Under the pieces are notes generated by a model. It was not told where the DNA came from. It saw only the letters and a program-made list of their open reading frames with translations, and made no database searches. Positions 43,041 to 54,619 of a stretch of DNA of 64,000 bases are shown here, piece after piece. Position 1 is the first letter of the stretch. Each line of letters begins with the position of its first letter. Source of the DNA: Longimicrobiales bacterium (GTDB lineage Bacteria; Gemmatimonadota; Gemmatimonadetes; Longimicrobiales; Gaopeijiaceae); NCBI GenBank assembly GCA_965197725.1, contig CBDANQ010000059.1, positions 96,001 to 160,000 of the forward strand, written 5' to 3'. A program made the translations under genes and the position numbers.

Positions 43041-44563
43041 ACGCCGACCTGGCTGGTCCGATGGCGCATGCGAAAGCCCTGGATGTGGACGCCCAGGGTG
43101 TTCTGCGCGACATCCACCGCCGCGTGGGCACGACTATCCTATTCGAGTCCTCCGGAGGACAAGTAGACAAGGTGGCTCATTGGCCCGAACTGCGCTTCGC
43201 GCTTGGTGAGCCAGAGGTTGATACCACCACCATCGACAACGCTGCGGCAGCCCTGGAGACATCCGGGTTCTTCATTCGCAAGGTCGGGACGGACGGCTAC
43301 TGCATCCACCACCAGGCGACATTGAAGAAGGTCGTCAGCGACAGGCGTGCTTCGCTGGACGAAGAAACGGAGATCAAGCCGGCAGTCCGCAAGCTCGTCG
43401 AGAGCGAGTTCAAGCGTGGTGCAACCCTGCCCGTCGTCGTCTTCCCGGAGGACAGTGCCGCAGTCCAGGACTCGCCGCGCCTCGCGTTGATCGTCGTCGA
43501 CCCGGAGACGGAATGGAAGGACGGCGACCAGGTAGTCGAGCGGATCGGCGAATGGACGAAGGAACGGGGCAAGTCCCCACGGCTCTACCCTGGCTCGTTG
43601 GTCTGGTGCGCCAGGAAACCAGGACGGGAACTTCGCGAGAAGGTTGAGTTGTGGCTTGCTTGGCAGCGTGTGGCGCGCGAGGTGGCGGAGGGTGTCCTAG
43701 GTGCCGAGTTCGACCGTGCTGACCGTGTCGAAGTCCAGCTCAAGGTCAGCGACGCGGAGGAAGCTTCCAAGGACGCAGTGTGGGCCAGCTATCGCTTCGT
43801 GGCACTGTCCGATTCAGAGGCGCAGTACGGTCTCAAACGCATCGACCTCGGCGCTGGCCACGCTAGCGCGAGCGAAACACTCTGTGGCCGTGTCATCGGA
43901 GCGTTGAAATCCGAGGCCCTGCTGAACGAGAGCGTAGGCGCCGGTTACATTGACCGTCACTGGCCGCCCACGTTCCAGAGCACCGGGGCATGGCCGCTCA
44001 CGAGCTTGCGACAGAGCTTCCTCGACGGCTCGCTAACACGGTTGATCGACCCTGATGCGATCCTCCGTAGGCAGATCACAGCGTTCGTGGAGAACGGAGA
44101 CTTCGGCTTGGCATCCGGTGCCGAGAACGATGGCACCTACAGTCGGCTGTGGTATGCCGAGCTGATCCGCCAAGAAGAGGTCGCCTTTGAATCGGGTGTC
44201 TTCCTGTTGACTAAGGCCAGAGCCGAAGAACTCAAGACCATGCCTGCAGGGGATGAGCACCCACAACCCGGACCCCCACCAGGCCCGGGCCCGGAACCCG
44301 AGCCTGAACCGAAACCTGATCCAGAGCCAACTCCGGTTGCTGAGAAGACAATCCTTCGCCTTGCCGGTACCGTGCCCCCCGAACTCTGGAACCGGCTCGG
44401 AACCAAAGTCTTGCCTAAGCTCCGGTCGGGAGACGACCTCAGGGTAGGCGTCGAGTTCTCCGTGAGTGTCAGCTCGCAGTTTGCACGGAACATGGAGACC
44501 GAGCTGCAGCAGACTCTGGACGAGCTCGGGCTGAGCAACACGATCCGCGTTCAAAGGTTGTAG
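43028..44563 (+). pseudogene. DUF499-type ATPase, C-terminal half only
   Basis: QRWIDADLAG..HRRVGTTILFESSGGQ..ELRFALGEP; Pro-rich linker; VPPELWNRLGTKVLPKLRSG tail; lacks the P-loop half. Confidence 0.7.
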
Positions 44564-44588
44564 TGACGAGGAGCTTACGAAGGGCGCT

Positions 44589-44661
44589 TGAACCAGTCCC
44601 GATTTACTGGACAAGAGCGCGGCTTAATCATGCCGCCTTACGGGTGAGCTCCTCGCGGACC
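44589..44661 (-). mobile_element. Isolated end of an IS related to IS3 type B
   Basis: TGAACCAGTCCCGATTTACTGGACAAG...CGGGTGAGCTCCTCGCGGACC aligns with 50206-50279. Confidence 0.7.
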
Positions 44662-45311
44662 TGGAACGGAGTCCGGTATCCATGGCGCCCTGGGAGCCAC
44701 CCGCGGTTGTAGCTATCGATACGCGCAAGCGACCGGAACGCCGAATTGATCGCTGAGAGCCTGTAGCCCCTTGTTTAGCAATGGAAGCGTCGGATCCGGA
44801 CCGGCGGGGACGTGATCAAACGGCGGCGCCGTCGAATTGTCGTTGAGCTGGTGAGAAAGACCTAGACCCGCGGAGCCAGGCGATCCCTAAACTACGGAAT
44901 TCGAGGTCCTGCACGAACGAACCAGCGTAAGGAAGACCCGGCGTGTCGGCTTGTCGCGAGCGAGGCCGGCCGCACGTTTCGCGCGCTCCTACGGGAGCTA
45001 GAGCGAGGCCGGGCGATCCTCGGAGGCTGGGCCGGGGCCTCCGGGCCGGAGGCCCCGGACGCCGGGGTTTCTGAAGAGGCCGCCCGCATTGAGCGGGCGA
45101 TCCTTCATGGCGACGAGCGGGCACTCGGGGAGTACGGCGCGGTCTGCAGGCCGCCAAGAAGCGAAGCGTCGTGCTGAGGAAGCGCGCGCGCCAAGGGCCG
45201 ACGGCAACGGTGCGCCTCTCCGGGCGCACTTCCGATTACCCGCTATGTGTCATCCTCAGCCCGCACTCTTCTCTTAGAGCGTAGGGTAAAGACAGATGCA
45301 CCAGCGCCCTG

Positions 45312-45685
45312 CGTCGGCGCTCGGGGCTCAGAAGTTTCCCTTGGCCGCTTCCTCCAGGATCAGCTTGTCCAGTGTCAAGTCCGCCACTGCTCGCTTCAGG
45401 CGCCCGTTCTCGCGCTCGAGCTCCTTCAGGCGCCGTGCCTGGCTCACCTTCATCCCGCCGTACTCCCGCCTCCACCGGTAGTACGTCTGCTCGGTGATGC
45501 CCAGCTACCGGCTGATCAGCTTTCACGGATTTGCCGCGGGCCAGACCCACCTCTGCCTCCCGCAGTGCAGTGATGATCTGCTCCGGAGTGTGTCGCTTCC
45601 TTCCCATCCTGACCTCCTCGCTGAAAAACTTCAGACCAGGTCGATCCTAACATTGCACCTGGTCTCGTTTCAGGGGGTCAGGTCA
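45312..45685 (-). mobile_element. IS3-family type A, truncated and diverged copy (left end and frameshifted orfA)
   Basis: Same left IR and orfA with several substitutions and an indel; breaks off just past the orfA stop. Confidence 0.88.
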
Positions 45686-45976
45686 TTAGCCGGGAGTGAC
45701 CCCGGAGTGACCCCCCGGCGGATGGTGACATGGGCGCGCACACGGAAATGGGCGCCGTTTACCGATGAACACGCTGCAACAGCCAGCGTGAGGAACTCAA
45801 CTCAAGGCGGGTTGCTGACGTGGGATCTGATACGACCCGGGAGTCCCGCCATTTGGTGGCGTTTTTCCGCTGTTTCAGTACGGTGGAGTCAGATATCGTC
45901 GAACGGCAAGTGCGGCAGATCGTGCAGTCCTAGTTTAACTTAGACGATTCTTGCCGTGATTCACATCATCTGTACT

Positions 45977-46359
45977 CTGCCGGTCAGCCAGACCGGCGCC
46001 ATGCTCTTCTTCCCACTCATCAACCGGCGCTATGAGCGCGCATCCACTGTGCTGACCTCCAATAAAGGCTTCGAGGAGTGGGGCCAGATCTTGGGCGACG
46101 AGGTCATGGCCGCTGCGCTCATCGATCGCCTGCTGCATCCCTGCCATATCGTCAACATCCGCGGCAGCAGCTACCGGATGCGCAAGCACACCGACCTCTC
46201 CAAGATCCTCCACTCGCCTCCTGCGGAGTCGAGCCCTTCACCCCCGAAGAGAAAGAGAGCAAGAGCAAAGGAGAAAACGACGAACTAGAGGCTCGTCACC
46301 TCCGCCAAGTGTGCAATTTTCGATGGCCAGACCTGTGCAGCTTTCGATGGCCGTTGACA
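45977..46359 (+). mobile_element. IS21 partial copy (istB 3' end plus right end), empty allele for the nested IS
   Basis: Nearly identical to 58730-59041 joined to 60541-60611; ends GGCCGTTGACA. Confidence 0.9.
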
Positions 46360-46757
46360 ATCTTTGCCGGGAAGGACGGCGCGTGTAGATCGCGCCACAC
46401 GTGTCAGACGTGGCTCAGGCGAGCGAAGGCATGTTGGCTGGCTAAGGTGCCGGAGGCGGAACGAGAGGGGCTCAGTGAGCGTCTCAGGGGCGTCGGGTTC
46501 CACGCCGAGAAACGATCCGGTGTGAGGAATCCACAGTTCCGGCGGCTGTCGCCAGGAGTACAGGAGGCGATCAGCGGCACACGATACGATACGCTACGAG
46601 GCGTGTACGACGAGATTGGACCGGAGGACATCCGAGCAGAATTGAGGGCGGTGTCCGGTGGTCCTGACAGCAGTAATTGACAGCAGAGGTGATCGTGAAC
46701 AGGAAACACGAAACCCCCACCGCACCGAAGTGCAACGGGGGCAACGATCCGTACCAG

Positions 46758-46834
<77 letters not shown>

Positions 46835-46842
46835 GGCCAGAA

Positions 46843-46871
46843 AAGCTAATGACCACGGGTACTCTCCTCAA
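46843..46871 (-). promoter_or_regulatory. Possible sigma70 promoter for tRNA-Ile
   Basis: TTGAGG-N17-TAGCTT ending 11 nt upstream of the tRNA 5' end. Confidence 0.35.
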
Positions 46872-46972
46872 CCGCGCTCTTCTCCTCTCCCTCCTCCGGG
46901 GGGCCCTGGTGCATGGCTCCGGGCTTCGCCACATGATTGTGGTGATAGGCCCCCGACCCGGAGTCACCACCG

Positions 46973-47145
46973 ATGAAGTACCCGAAGCGTAGCCAGTACA
47001 AGTACGCGAAGTCCCGGTATCGAGTTCGCAATTGGGCTGAGTACGAGGGGGGCCTGCGGAGACGAGGCGACCTTACTGTCTGGCTTTCCAATGATGCCCT
47101 CGACTCCTGGCGAGCGCCGCCCAGCGGCAAACCCAGCGGCCAGCG
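46973..47145 (+). mobile_element. IS5-family (IS903-like) transposase N-terminal fragment
   Basis: YRVRNWAEYEGGLRRRGDLTVWL..W..GKPSGQR. Confidence 0.75.
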
Positions 47146-47171
47146 CCACCCGCATCGTGTGCGTGGGTCGC

Positions 47172-48101
47172 TCAGGTCCTGCACACGGCGAGCTCCATCA
47201 GCGCGCGAATCGCCGCGCCGGCAACCGCTGCAGCGAAGTCATAGTCCAAGGTCTCGGGAGTGTCCTCGGGTTGGTGGTAGTGGCCATTCCGGAAGTTGGC
47301 GGTGTCGGTGATCATCACGGCCGGGTATCCCTGGGACCAGAAGGGGGCGTGGTCGCTGCGATAGAAGTCGGGGATCAGCCGGGCGACCCCGGAGACCTCC
47401 ACCGGCACGAAGGGGAGGTTCACTTCCCGGGCGGCTCGGGCGATGGCATCCTGCAGATGCACGGCGTCGGGGCGCCCGACAGACGCGATGAAGTCGCCGC
47501 GCCGGCCGCGGGCTTCGACCCATCGCATGGCGTCCGGGAACACAAGCGAGAAGCCCCGCGGGAAGCGCTGGCTCTGTGGTTGGCGGCGACACAGGCCGAT
47601 CATCTCAAGGGCCAGCACCCCGCCGATATCCCGCCCGTCGCGTCGCGCCGCCTGGGCCATGGCGCGGCTCCCCAGCCGCGATCCGGCGCGCAGGGACTGC
47701 CACTCCTCCAGATCCCAGGCCACTAGCTCCACGCTCTCCTCGAAGCGGCACTCCGAGAGCAGCGCCGCCGCCTCCAGCACGGCGGCCACCGCGATGCCGT
47801 TGTCGTCGGCGCCCGGGGAGCCCACCACCGTGTCGTAGTGGGCTCCGAGGATCCAGGTCCGGCCAGGGCGGCGTTCGCCGCTGCGCGTGGCCACGATATT
47901 CGCGCCGCGGCCGTAGGGTCCAAGCACGGGCTCACGGCGAACCTCGAATCCGGCCGCCCCGAGGCGCTCCTCGATGTACGCGGCAGTGGCCGCGTGGTGA
48001 CCCGGGGAGGTGCGGATGTGACGCTCCCCCACGAACTTCTCCAGGTGCTCCCGGAGGCGATCCGGAAAGGAGGTTGGGGGCGCTGGCGTTGCCAAATCCA
48101 T
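47172..48101 (-). CDS. M28-family metallopeptidase
   Basis: LGAHYDT..PGADDNG, DLEE, LEMIG, RSDHAPFW, YHQPEDT. Confidence 0.9.
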   Translation of the reverse strand: MDLATPAPPTSFPDRLREHLEKFVGERHIRTSPGHHAATAAYIEERLGAAGFEVRREPVLGPYGRGANIVATRSGERRPGRTWILGAHYDTVVGSPGADDNGIAVAAVLEAAALLSECRFEESVELVAWDLEEWQSLRAGSRLGSRAMAQAARRDGRDIGGVLALEMIGLCRRQPQSQRFPRGFSLVFPDAMRWVEARGRRGDFIASVGRPDAVHLQDAIARAAREVNLPFVPVEVSGVARLIPDFYRSDHAPFWSQGYPAVMITDTANFRNGHYHQPEDTPETLDYDFAAAVAGAAIRALMELAVCRT

Positions 48102-48195
48102 GGGCTATACTCGCTCGCTCCGTGCAGGCGCGCTGAAGGCAACGTATGGACCTATCAATCAAGTTCTCGCTCGTCGTACCTTGCTACAACTCTAG

Positions 48196-49691
48196 CAGTC
48201 CGTGGAAGAAATAGGTTCCCAGCGGATGATGGGTGGGAGAGAAGGCAGACACGCGGGGGCTGTGTTGTTGTGCAAGAAGCGGGTTTTGGGGTCTGACGAG
48301 GCGATATTCGGCCCAAGGAAGGCGAAATAGCGCCGAATACGGCGGAAAAAGCGCGAGACGCGGGTTGTAACCTGAGTTGCGAGCGCAGCTTGTACGGTAG
48401 CGAGGCCCTGTAACGCACGGGGGGTTCCAACCCCGAACCGCTTGCGCATGAGAAGGGCCGAGGTTGAAGGCCGCCGCGTGGATCAACATCCGTTTTCGAA
48501 TCTCCTCCTGGCCCCGTATGTGGACGCGACGCAGCCCTCCGGTCACAAGCAAGTGCGCAAACCCCCGCTCCACCTTCTCGCCGCGCTGGCGCAGCAGCCG
48601 CATCCCCCGGTTGCCGCGGATCCGGCGGCGGTTGTCGTAGGTCGGCGTCTGCGCGTCCCGGTTGTTCTTCCATTTCCGGCGCCCGCGGTTGGGCTCGCTC
48701 ACATAGCTGCGCAGCTCCCGCTCCTTCACGCCCGTCATGGTCTTGTTCGAGTGGTAGCCTTTGTCGGCCACCACTTCCTCGGGCTCTACCTGCACTACTT
48801 CCAGCTGCCGCTCTGCCTCGTCCAGCGTGTTGGGCAGCGACGCCACATCTCCCCCGTCCATCGTCTGCACCGTCACCGCCACAAGCGCACCGGTCTCCAT
48901 GTCGACCGCCTGCTCCAACTTGTGCGCCAGGCGCGTCCTGCCGTCCTTCATCTTCGTGATCCGCGCCTCCGGGTCGTGCGGATGCACCCAGTCCTTGTTC
49001 GAGCCCTTCTTCGGACGCTTCCGGTCCAGCGTCGTCAGATCCTTGCGCGTCGGCGTCTCGATCCCCGACGCCCGGGCCACCTGCTCCAGCCATTCATCGT
49101 AGCCCAACCCGTCGTCGCGCCGCACGATCGTGCGCATCGCCGCATTCGCCTCCAGCGTCGTCGAGTCGACGCCCAGCGTCTTGCCGCTCAGCAACCCCGA
49201 CCCCTTCAGCAGCTCCAGCACCCGCCCGAACACCGCCGCGTGCGCTTCCACGCTCAGGCGCTTGCGCGTCTTCGACAGGGTCGAATGCTCCGGCGGGTTC
49301 TTCGCCCACCCGTATCCCAGAAACTCACGCAACGACAACGAGTCCCCACACCGCCAGGCAATGCCCCGCTCCGAGCCGATCCCTTCCAGGTAGCCCACCA
49401 TCATCATTCGGAAATACACCCCGGGAGCAATCCCCGGCCGACCCCGATTGTCCGCGTAGAACTCACGGCATGCCTCTTCCGCGAACTCGTCAAACCCGCT
49501 TTTCGCCAGAAGCTCGTTCAAGGCCCGGTAGAACGGGTTGTCCAAGGCCCGAATCTCGCTCGCCACCACGAACATCTCGCCCTGCCGAGCCTCGGGCCGC
49601 TTGCCTACCGCCATCGCCGTCCTCGCTGCAAAAACCCTCGTGTCCTCCTGATTTAACACAACAGCGATGACCGGACTTTATCCACGGTCTG
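48196..49691 (-). mobile_element. IS1182/IS5-like element, copy 2 (1-nt insertion near 48456 frameshifts the C-terminus)
   Basis: CTAG TSD at 48192-48195 and 49692-49695; near-identical to copy 1. Confidence 0.93.
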
Positions 49692-49738
49692 CTAGGAGCC
49701 CACGCTCGAGAGTTCCCTCTCCCTCAGAGCCAGCGCTC

Positions 49739-49903
49739 TCAAAAAAGCCCCTTCGCCACAGTCCAGAGAGAGATCTGCTTGCCGCCATCGGTCGTCTGTA
49801 GCCGAGCGGTGGCGTAGGTGTGGCGGAACTTGGTGAGTCGAGGCATCTCCATCCCTGCCTCAGCAACCATTGTCCCGAGAGATTTCCGCAGATCGGTGAT
49901 CAT
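49739..49903 (-). pseudogene. Tyrosine integrase catalytic-domain fragment
   Basis: Translates MITDLRKSLGTMVAEAGMEMPRLTKFRHTYATARLQTTDGGKQISLWTVAKGLF* (box II-like FRHTYA). Confidence 0.6.
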
Positions 49904-49946
49904 CTCGCCCGTTTGGGTGGGCCACCTCCTTATTTATTGTTGAGTA

Positions 49947-51946
49947 TCAGGGGTTCCAGATTAGGCCGATCCAAGGCATCAACTCTTGGTCGTTGTTGTT
50001 CCAGGTGGCAGCCGCAGAAAGGCTTAGGTTGTCGCGTAGGGCACGGGTATAGGTTATGCCTGGGAGCTCGTTTGGGGGCTCATCTAGAAAGTCGAGCATG
50101 TGAAAGCTCAGCTGTAGATCGCCGAAACTCATCCATATACCACCAAACTGTCCTTGGAAAACGCCCTCGAGGTTTTCTACCCCGTCGTTTTCTGTCTTCC
50201 AGTCTTGAACCGGTCCCGGTTTCCTGGACAAGTGGGCGGCGTAATCAGGCCGCCATGCGGGTGAGCTGCTCGCGGACCTCGGCCGGGGTCTTGTGGCCGT
50301 GCCGCTCGATGAGCCAACCGCGGTTGTAACGCTCGATGAAACCTCCGATCACCGTCCTCGCCTCCTCCAGGCTCTCAAAGTCGTGCAGGTAGAGGCACTC
50401 TTCCTTCAACGTCCTGATGAACCGCTCGATCACGCCGTTGCACTCGGGCTCGCCGACGTAGGAGGCCGTCGAGCGGATGCCGAGCCAGGCGAGTTCGCCC
50501 TGGAACTGGTGTGCGGTGTACTGGGGACCCCAGTCGTGTCGTAGCCCGAGGCCGAGCGCGATCTTCGGAGCGTAGCCGTCCATGTAGGTCCTCACACCCT
50601 GACGGATCGGCTCGAGCGCCGCCCACCGGTCACCCTTCTTCGCGACGTGCCAGCCGACGACATCGCTCACGCAGTGGTCGACGGCCCCGAAGAACCAGCA
50701 CCAGCCGTCGGCCTTCGTATAGAATCTGGTCGCATCCGTGCCCCACAGCTCGTTGGGCGTGTCCGTCGTGATTCGGCCGCTGTGGCTGCGGTCGCCCCGG
50801 GGATGCCTTCCCTTACGCACCGGCGCCAGGAGTCGGTTCTCTCGCATGAGCCTCAGCACCCTGTTCTTGCCCACCCAGATCCCCTTGGGCCGCAGCCGTA
50901 CCCTCACCTTCCGGTGCCCCTCGCCGAGGAAGTCGCTCTCCTCGAGTACCTGCCGGATCTCTTCCACCAAGGCCTCGTCGCTCAGCTCCGTTTTGGGGCC
51001 CCGCTTCTTCGGCTCCCTCGACTCATCGTTGCCTCGCTCCTCAGCCTGGTAGACCGTCGAGCGAGCGATGCTCCAGACCTCGCAGATCATCGTCAGCGGG
51101 TAGCGCCGTCCCGTCGCCGGACTCATTCGCTGCCGCGCTTCAAGAGCTTCTTCAGGTCGTCCCCGTAGCCCCTTTTTTCGAGGAGCTCGCTCGCGAGCTC
51201 CATCCGCATCGTCACCTCGCCCAGCTTTGCCCGGGTCCGGATCAGCTCACGTTCCCCGGGATCGCGGCTACGGCGTTTCAGACCTTGCTGACCTCCCTCC
51301 AGGAACACGCGCCGCCATTCCTCGAGCTCCGCAGGCGAGACCTGGACCTCACGGCTCACTTCGCCCAGGTCCTCCCCGCGTAGCAGTCGCAGCACCACCT
51401 CCGTCTTCTGCCCCGCGCTCCAACGCTTGGGCAGCTCCGCCCTTCCTTCACGACCTTCGGTCGCTTTCGACTCCCCAGGCTTGGGAGACATCAAAACACC
51501 CCCTCTCTCTGGACCCCATCGTCGCTGCCAATCTACTGTCCAGAGAAATCGGGGGCGCTAAAGTCTCTGGGTTCTCCCCAGAAAAAGAAGCCCGGCCAGT
51601 ATATGGCACCAAGGCGAATGTTTTGCGACAGGCGACCATTTGTCGCGAGTAATGGGGCGACAAAAGGAGCGTTTTGTAACAGTCCCGCAGTAGCCCCTAT
51701 TGTAAAGGCAAGGTCGTCGTCGCCAAAGTATTGTCCGTAGATAAAGCGTTGCTGCTCTCTTTCGAGAGTAGCTTCTACCATCCGCCCGTTTTTGTTTCTG
51801 ATCCTAATGGTGCCAGAAGTGCCACTGGTGATTGGACTTGAACCACGAGACAAGATTGTTTGTTGGATTTGCCACCCGCCCTGTGCTTGTGTGGCACTAG
51901 GCACGAAGACAAAGGCCGAGGCAAAGAGAAAAAAGATCTTTTTCAT
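49947..51946 (-). pseudogene. Secreted/outer-membrane hypothetical protein (212 aa reconstructed) interrupted by an IS
   Basis: Signal peptide MKKIFFLFASAFVFVPSATQA; removing the IS and one TSD gives in-frame ..WGEPRDWKTENDG..WIGLIWNP. Confidence 0.8.
50206..51561 (-). mobile_element. IS3-family element type B (orfA 51123-51494, orfB 50245-51126)
   Basis: AGTCT 5-bp TSD (50201-50205, 51562-51566); IR ..TTTC(T)CTGGACA; DDE WGTDAT, HDWG, ERFIRTLKEE; ATGA overlap of orfs. Confidence 0.92.
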
Positions 51947-52388
51947 CCTCTCCTTTTAGTTTTTATCTTCGTCTCGATGACACATAACGGTTCAACGGTG
52001 CGCTCGCGACCGGTGCTCGGCCCGTTTTCTGCATGTCCATGCATCGAACGGGACAGCGCCGCTCCGCTCGATGGGCTTCGTGAGCGTGATCATCGCGTCG
52101 GGGATCTTCGCGTTGGGCTGCCGCTGGTGCTGCTATAGGGGGGCTGGCTTGATGGAGCTGTCATCCTACCGCATACTGACCGCAATATCTCCCCAAGCTG
52201 GCGGGCGAGTATGAGCGAAGACTGCTCGTTCTTTTCAGGGCTAAGGCCCAGGAAGGCCCACCAGACTGGGGCAGCGTACGTAGTAGCTGCACTTGCGCTC
52301 TGGCGGGCTGTGGACTTCGCTTGCGGTCGCCGCCGTGTGATCCTCGGCAGATGGAGGGCACCAGATGGGCGACCCCGGCGGCCCGAGC

Positions 52389-54007
52389 ATGAATCCTAGC
52401 AGCGAGCCTCGCGGCGTCGATGCAGGCAACGGTTGGGCTTGGCTGCGGGATGCGTTCGGCTGACCTGCCCCCAAGAGCGGGTACCACATCCTATGTTAGT
52501 CCCAGCACCTGTGGAGGGCCGTGAAGGACGGGCATCCTCAAGAACCAGGGCGACGGCTTAATCGCCTCAGGGGCCGGGGGAAAGCCGCCGCAGGCGCTGT
52601 GGGGTCGGACGGTATTGTACTCGCGCCTCCATTGCTCGACCAGCACGGCCGCCTCCGCCAACGAGTAGAAGATCTCCCCGTTCAACAGCTCGTCCCTGAG
52701 CTTGCCGTTGAAGCTCTCGTTGTAGCCGTTCTCCCACGGGCTGCCCGGCTCGATAAAGAGCGTCTCGACGCCCACGCGCCCCAACCACCGCCGCACGAGC
52801 TTCGCGGTGAACTCCGCTCCGTTGTCCGACCTCAGATACTCGGGAGGCCCGTGTCGGACGAACAGATCGGCCAGCACCTCGAGCACGTCGTGCGAGCGGA
52901 TCTTGCGAGCCACCACGATCGCCAGGCACTCCCTCGTGTGCTCGTCCAGCACTGTCAGCAGCTTCAGCGCACGCCCGTCGTGCGTCCTCGAGGCCACGAA
53001 AGTCGTACGACCAGACGTGCCCCGATACAGCGGCCTCAGCCGGATGCACGATCCGTCGTTGAGCCACAGCCGACCTCGCTTCGGCTGCCGCTGCGGGACC
53101 TTCAGCCCCTCCTGCCTCCAGATCCGCTCCACCCGCTTGTGGTGCACCCCCCAGCCCTCGATGCGGAGCATGTCCGTGACGCGTCGGTAGCCGTAGCGGC
53201 CGAATCGACTCGCGAGTCGCACGATATCACCTCGGAGCGCCCCCTCGTCACTCGCCACTTTCCTCGCCCGGCGCTGGGTCGTGCGTGGCTGCCCGAGCAC
53301 CCGGCACGCTCTCCTCTCCGACGCCCCGAGCTGCTGACGTACACGCACCACACAACGTCGTCGGCGCTCGGGGCTCAGAAGTTTCCCTCGGCTGCTTCCT
53401 CCAGGATCAGCTTGTCCAGTGTCAAGTCCGCCACTGCTCGCTTCAGGCGCCCGTTCTCGCGCTCGAGCTCCTTCAGGCGCCGTGCCTGGCTCACCTTCAT
53501 CCCGCCGTACTCCCGCCTCCACCGGTAGTACGTCTGCTCGGTGATGCCGAGCTCCCGGCTGATCAGCTTCACGGATTTGCCGCGGGCCAGACCGACCTCT
53601 GCCTCCCGCAGTGCAGTGATGATCTGCTCCGGAGTGGGTCGCTTCCTTCCCATCCTGACCTCCTCGCTGAAAAGCTTCAGACCAGCTCGATCCTAACATT
53701 GCACCTGGTCTCGTTTCAGGGGGTCAGGTCAGTCATGGGCCTCTCAGTGCCGCTCTCCATGGCCATCTGGTTTGCCCCGGCGCTCGTGGTCCTCCAGGAT
53801 CGCAAACCCGTTGATGCCCTGAAGACCAGCTTCACAGCATGCCTCAAGAACGTCGTGCCGTTTCTGGTGTTCGGCATCGCATCGCTCTTGATCGCCATCT
53901 TGTGCACCATTCCGCTCGGTCTCGGGCTGCTGATTTTCATGCCTGCAATGTTCGCATCGCAATATACGAGCTTCGCTGATATTTTCGCGCTACGTGATCG
54001 AGCGTGA
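52389..54007 (+). pseudogene. BPSS1780-like membrane protein interrupted by an IS, middle apparently deleted
   Basis: N-part MNPSSEPRGVDAGNGWAWLRDAFG (52389-52460); C-part MAIWFAPALVVL..SFTACLKNVVPFL..IPLGLGLL..YTSFADIF (53732-54007). Confidence 0.7.
52461..53731 (-). mobile_element. IS3-family element type A, copy 3
   Basis: Near-identical to copy 2; compensating +1/-1 indels at 53000-53020; no TSD. Confidence 0.95.
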
Positions 54008-54245
54008 GCTAGGCGAAGGCGGCATGGCGACGGTCTACCTGGCCGACGACATCAAGCACGAGCGCAAAGTCGCGCTCAAGGTCCTGAAGCCGGAACTAGC
54101 AGCCGTCGTGGGTGCCGAGAGGTTCCTGGCCGAGATCAAGACCACGGCGAACCTGAGTCACCCCCACATTCTGCCGCTGCACGACTCGGGTGAGGCCGAC
54201 GGCTTCCTGTTCTACGTGATGCCGCATGTAGAGGGAGAGAGCCTT
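53994..54245 (+). pseudogene. Hanks-type Ser/Thr protein kinase N-lobe fragment
   Basis: IERELGEGGMATVYLA..VALKVLKPELAAVVGAERFLAEI..HPHILPLHDSG..YVMPHVEGESL, then breaks off. Confidence 0.85.
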
Positions 54246-54619
54246 CTCTCATTCCGATCGTCGCGCCGCTTGCTATTACGGAAGAGTCGCGCACCTGAAG
54301 AGCAGCTTTCCGAAACGCCTTGAGTGATGTCAGCTCGTCGGCATTCAGGCCCATCGCGGGTGACCCCGGCTGGTGGCTCTTGGTCGGGTTTCAGTGAACA
54401 CGCGATCCACAAGTCCTCGCAGCTCCCCAGGCTCGATCACGGCGAAGACTGCGTTCCACTTCCGAGACCTAAGGGGATGCACCAGGCAACGTACCAGCGA
54501 TTGTGGAGGGAGGAGCGGATGCTACGGGACCGCTCACTTCTGGTTTTCGCAGCTGACCACGGCTTGCTCCAAGACTTCCTGTTCTGAAGCCAGGTTCCCA
54601 CATACGGTGAGCGGCCAAG

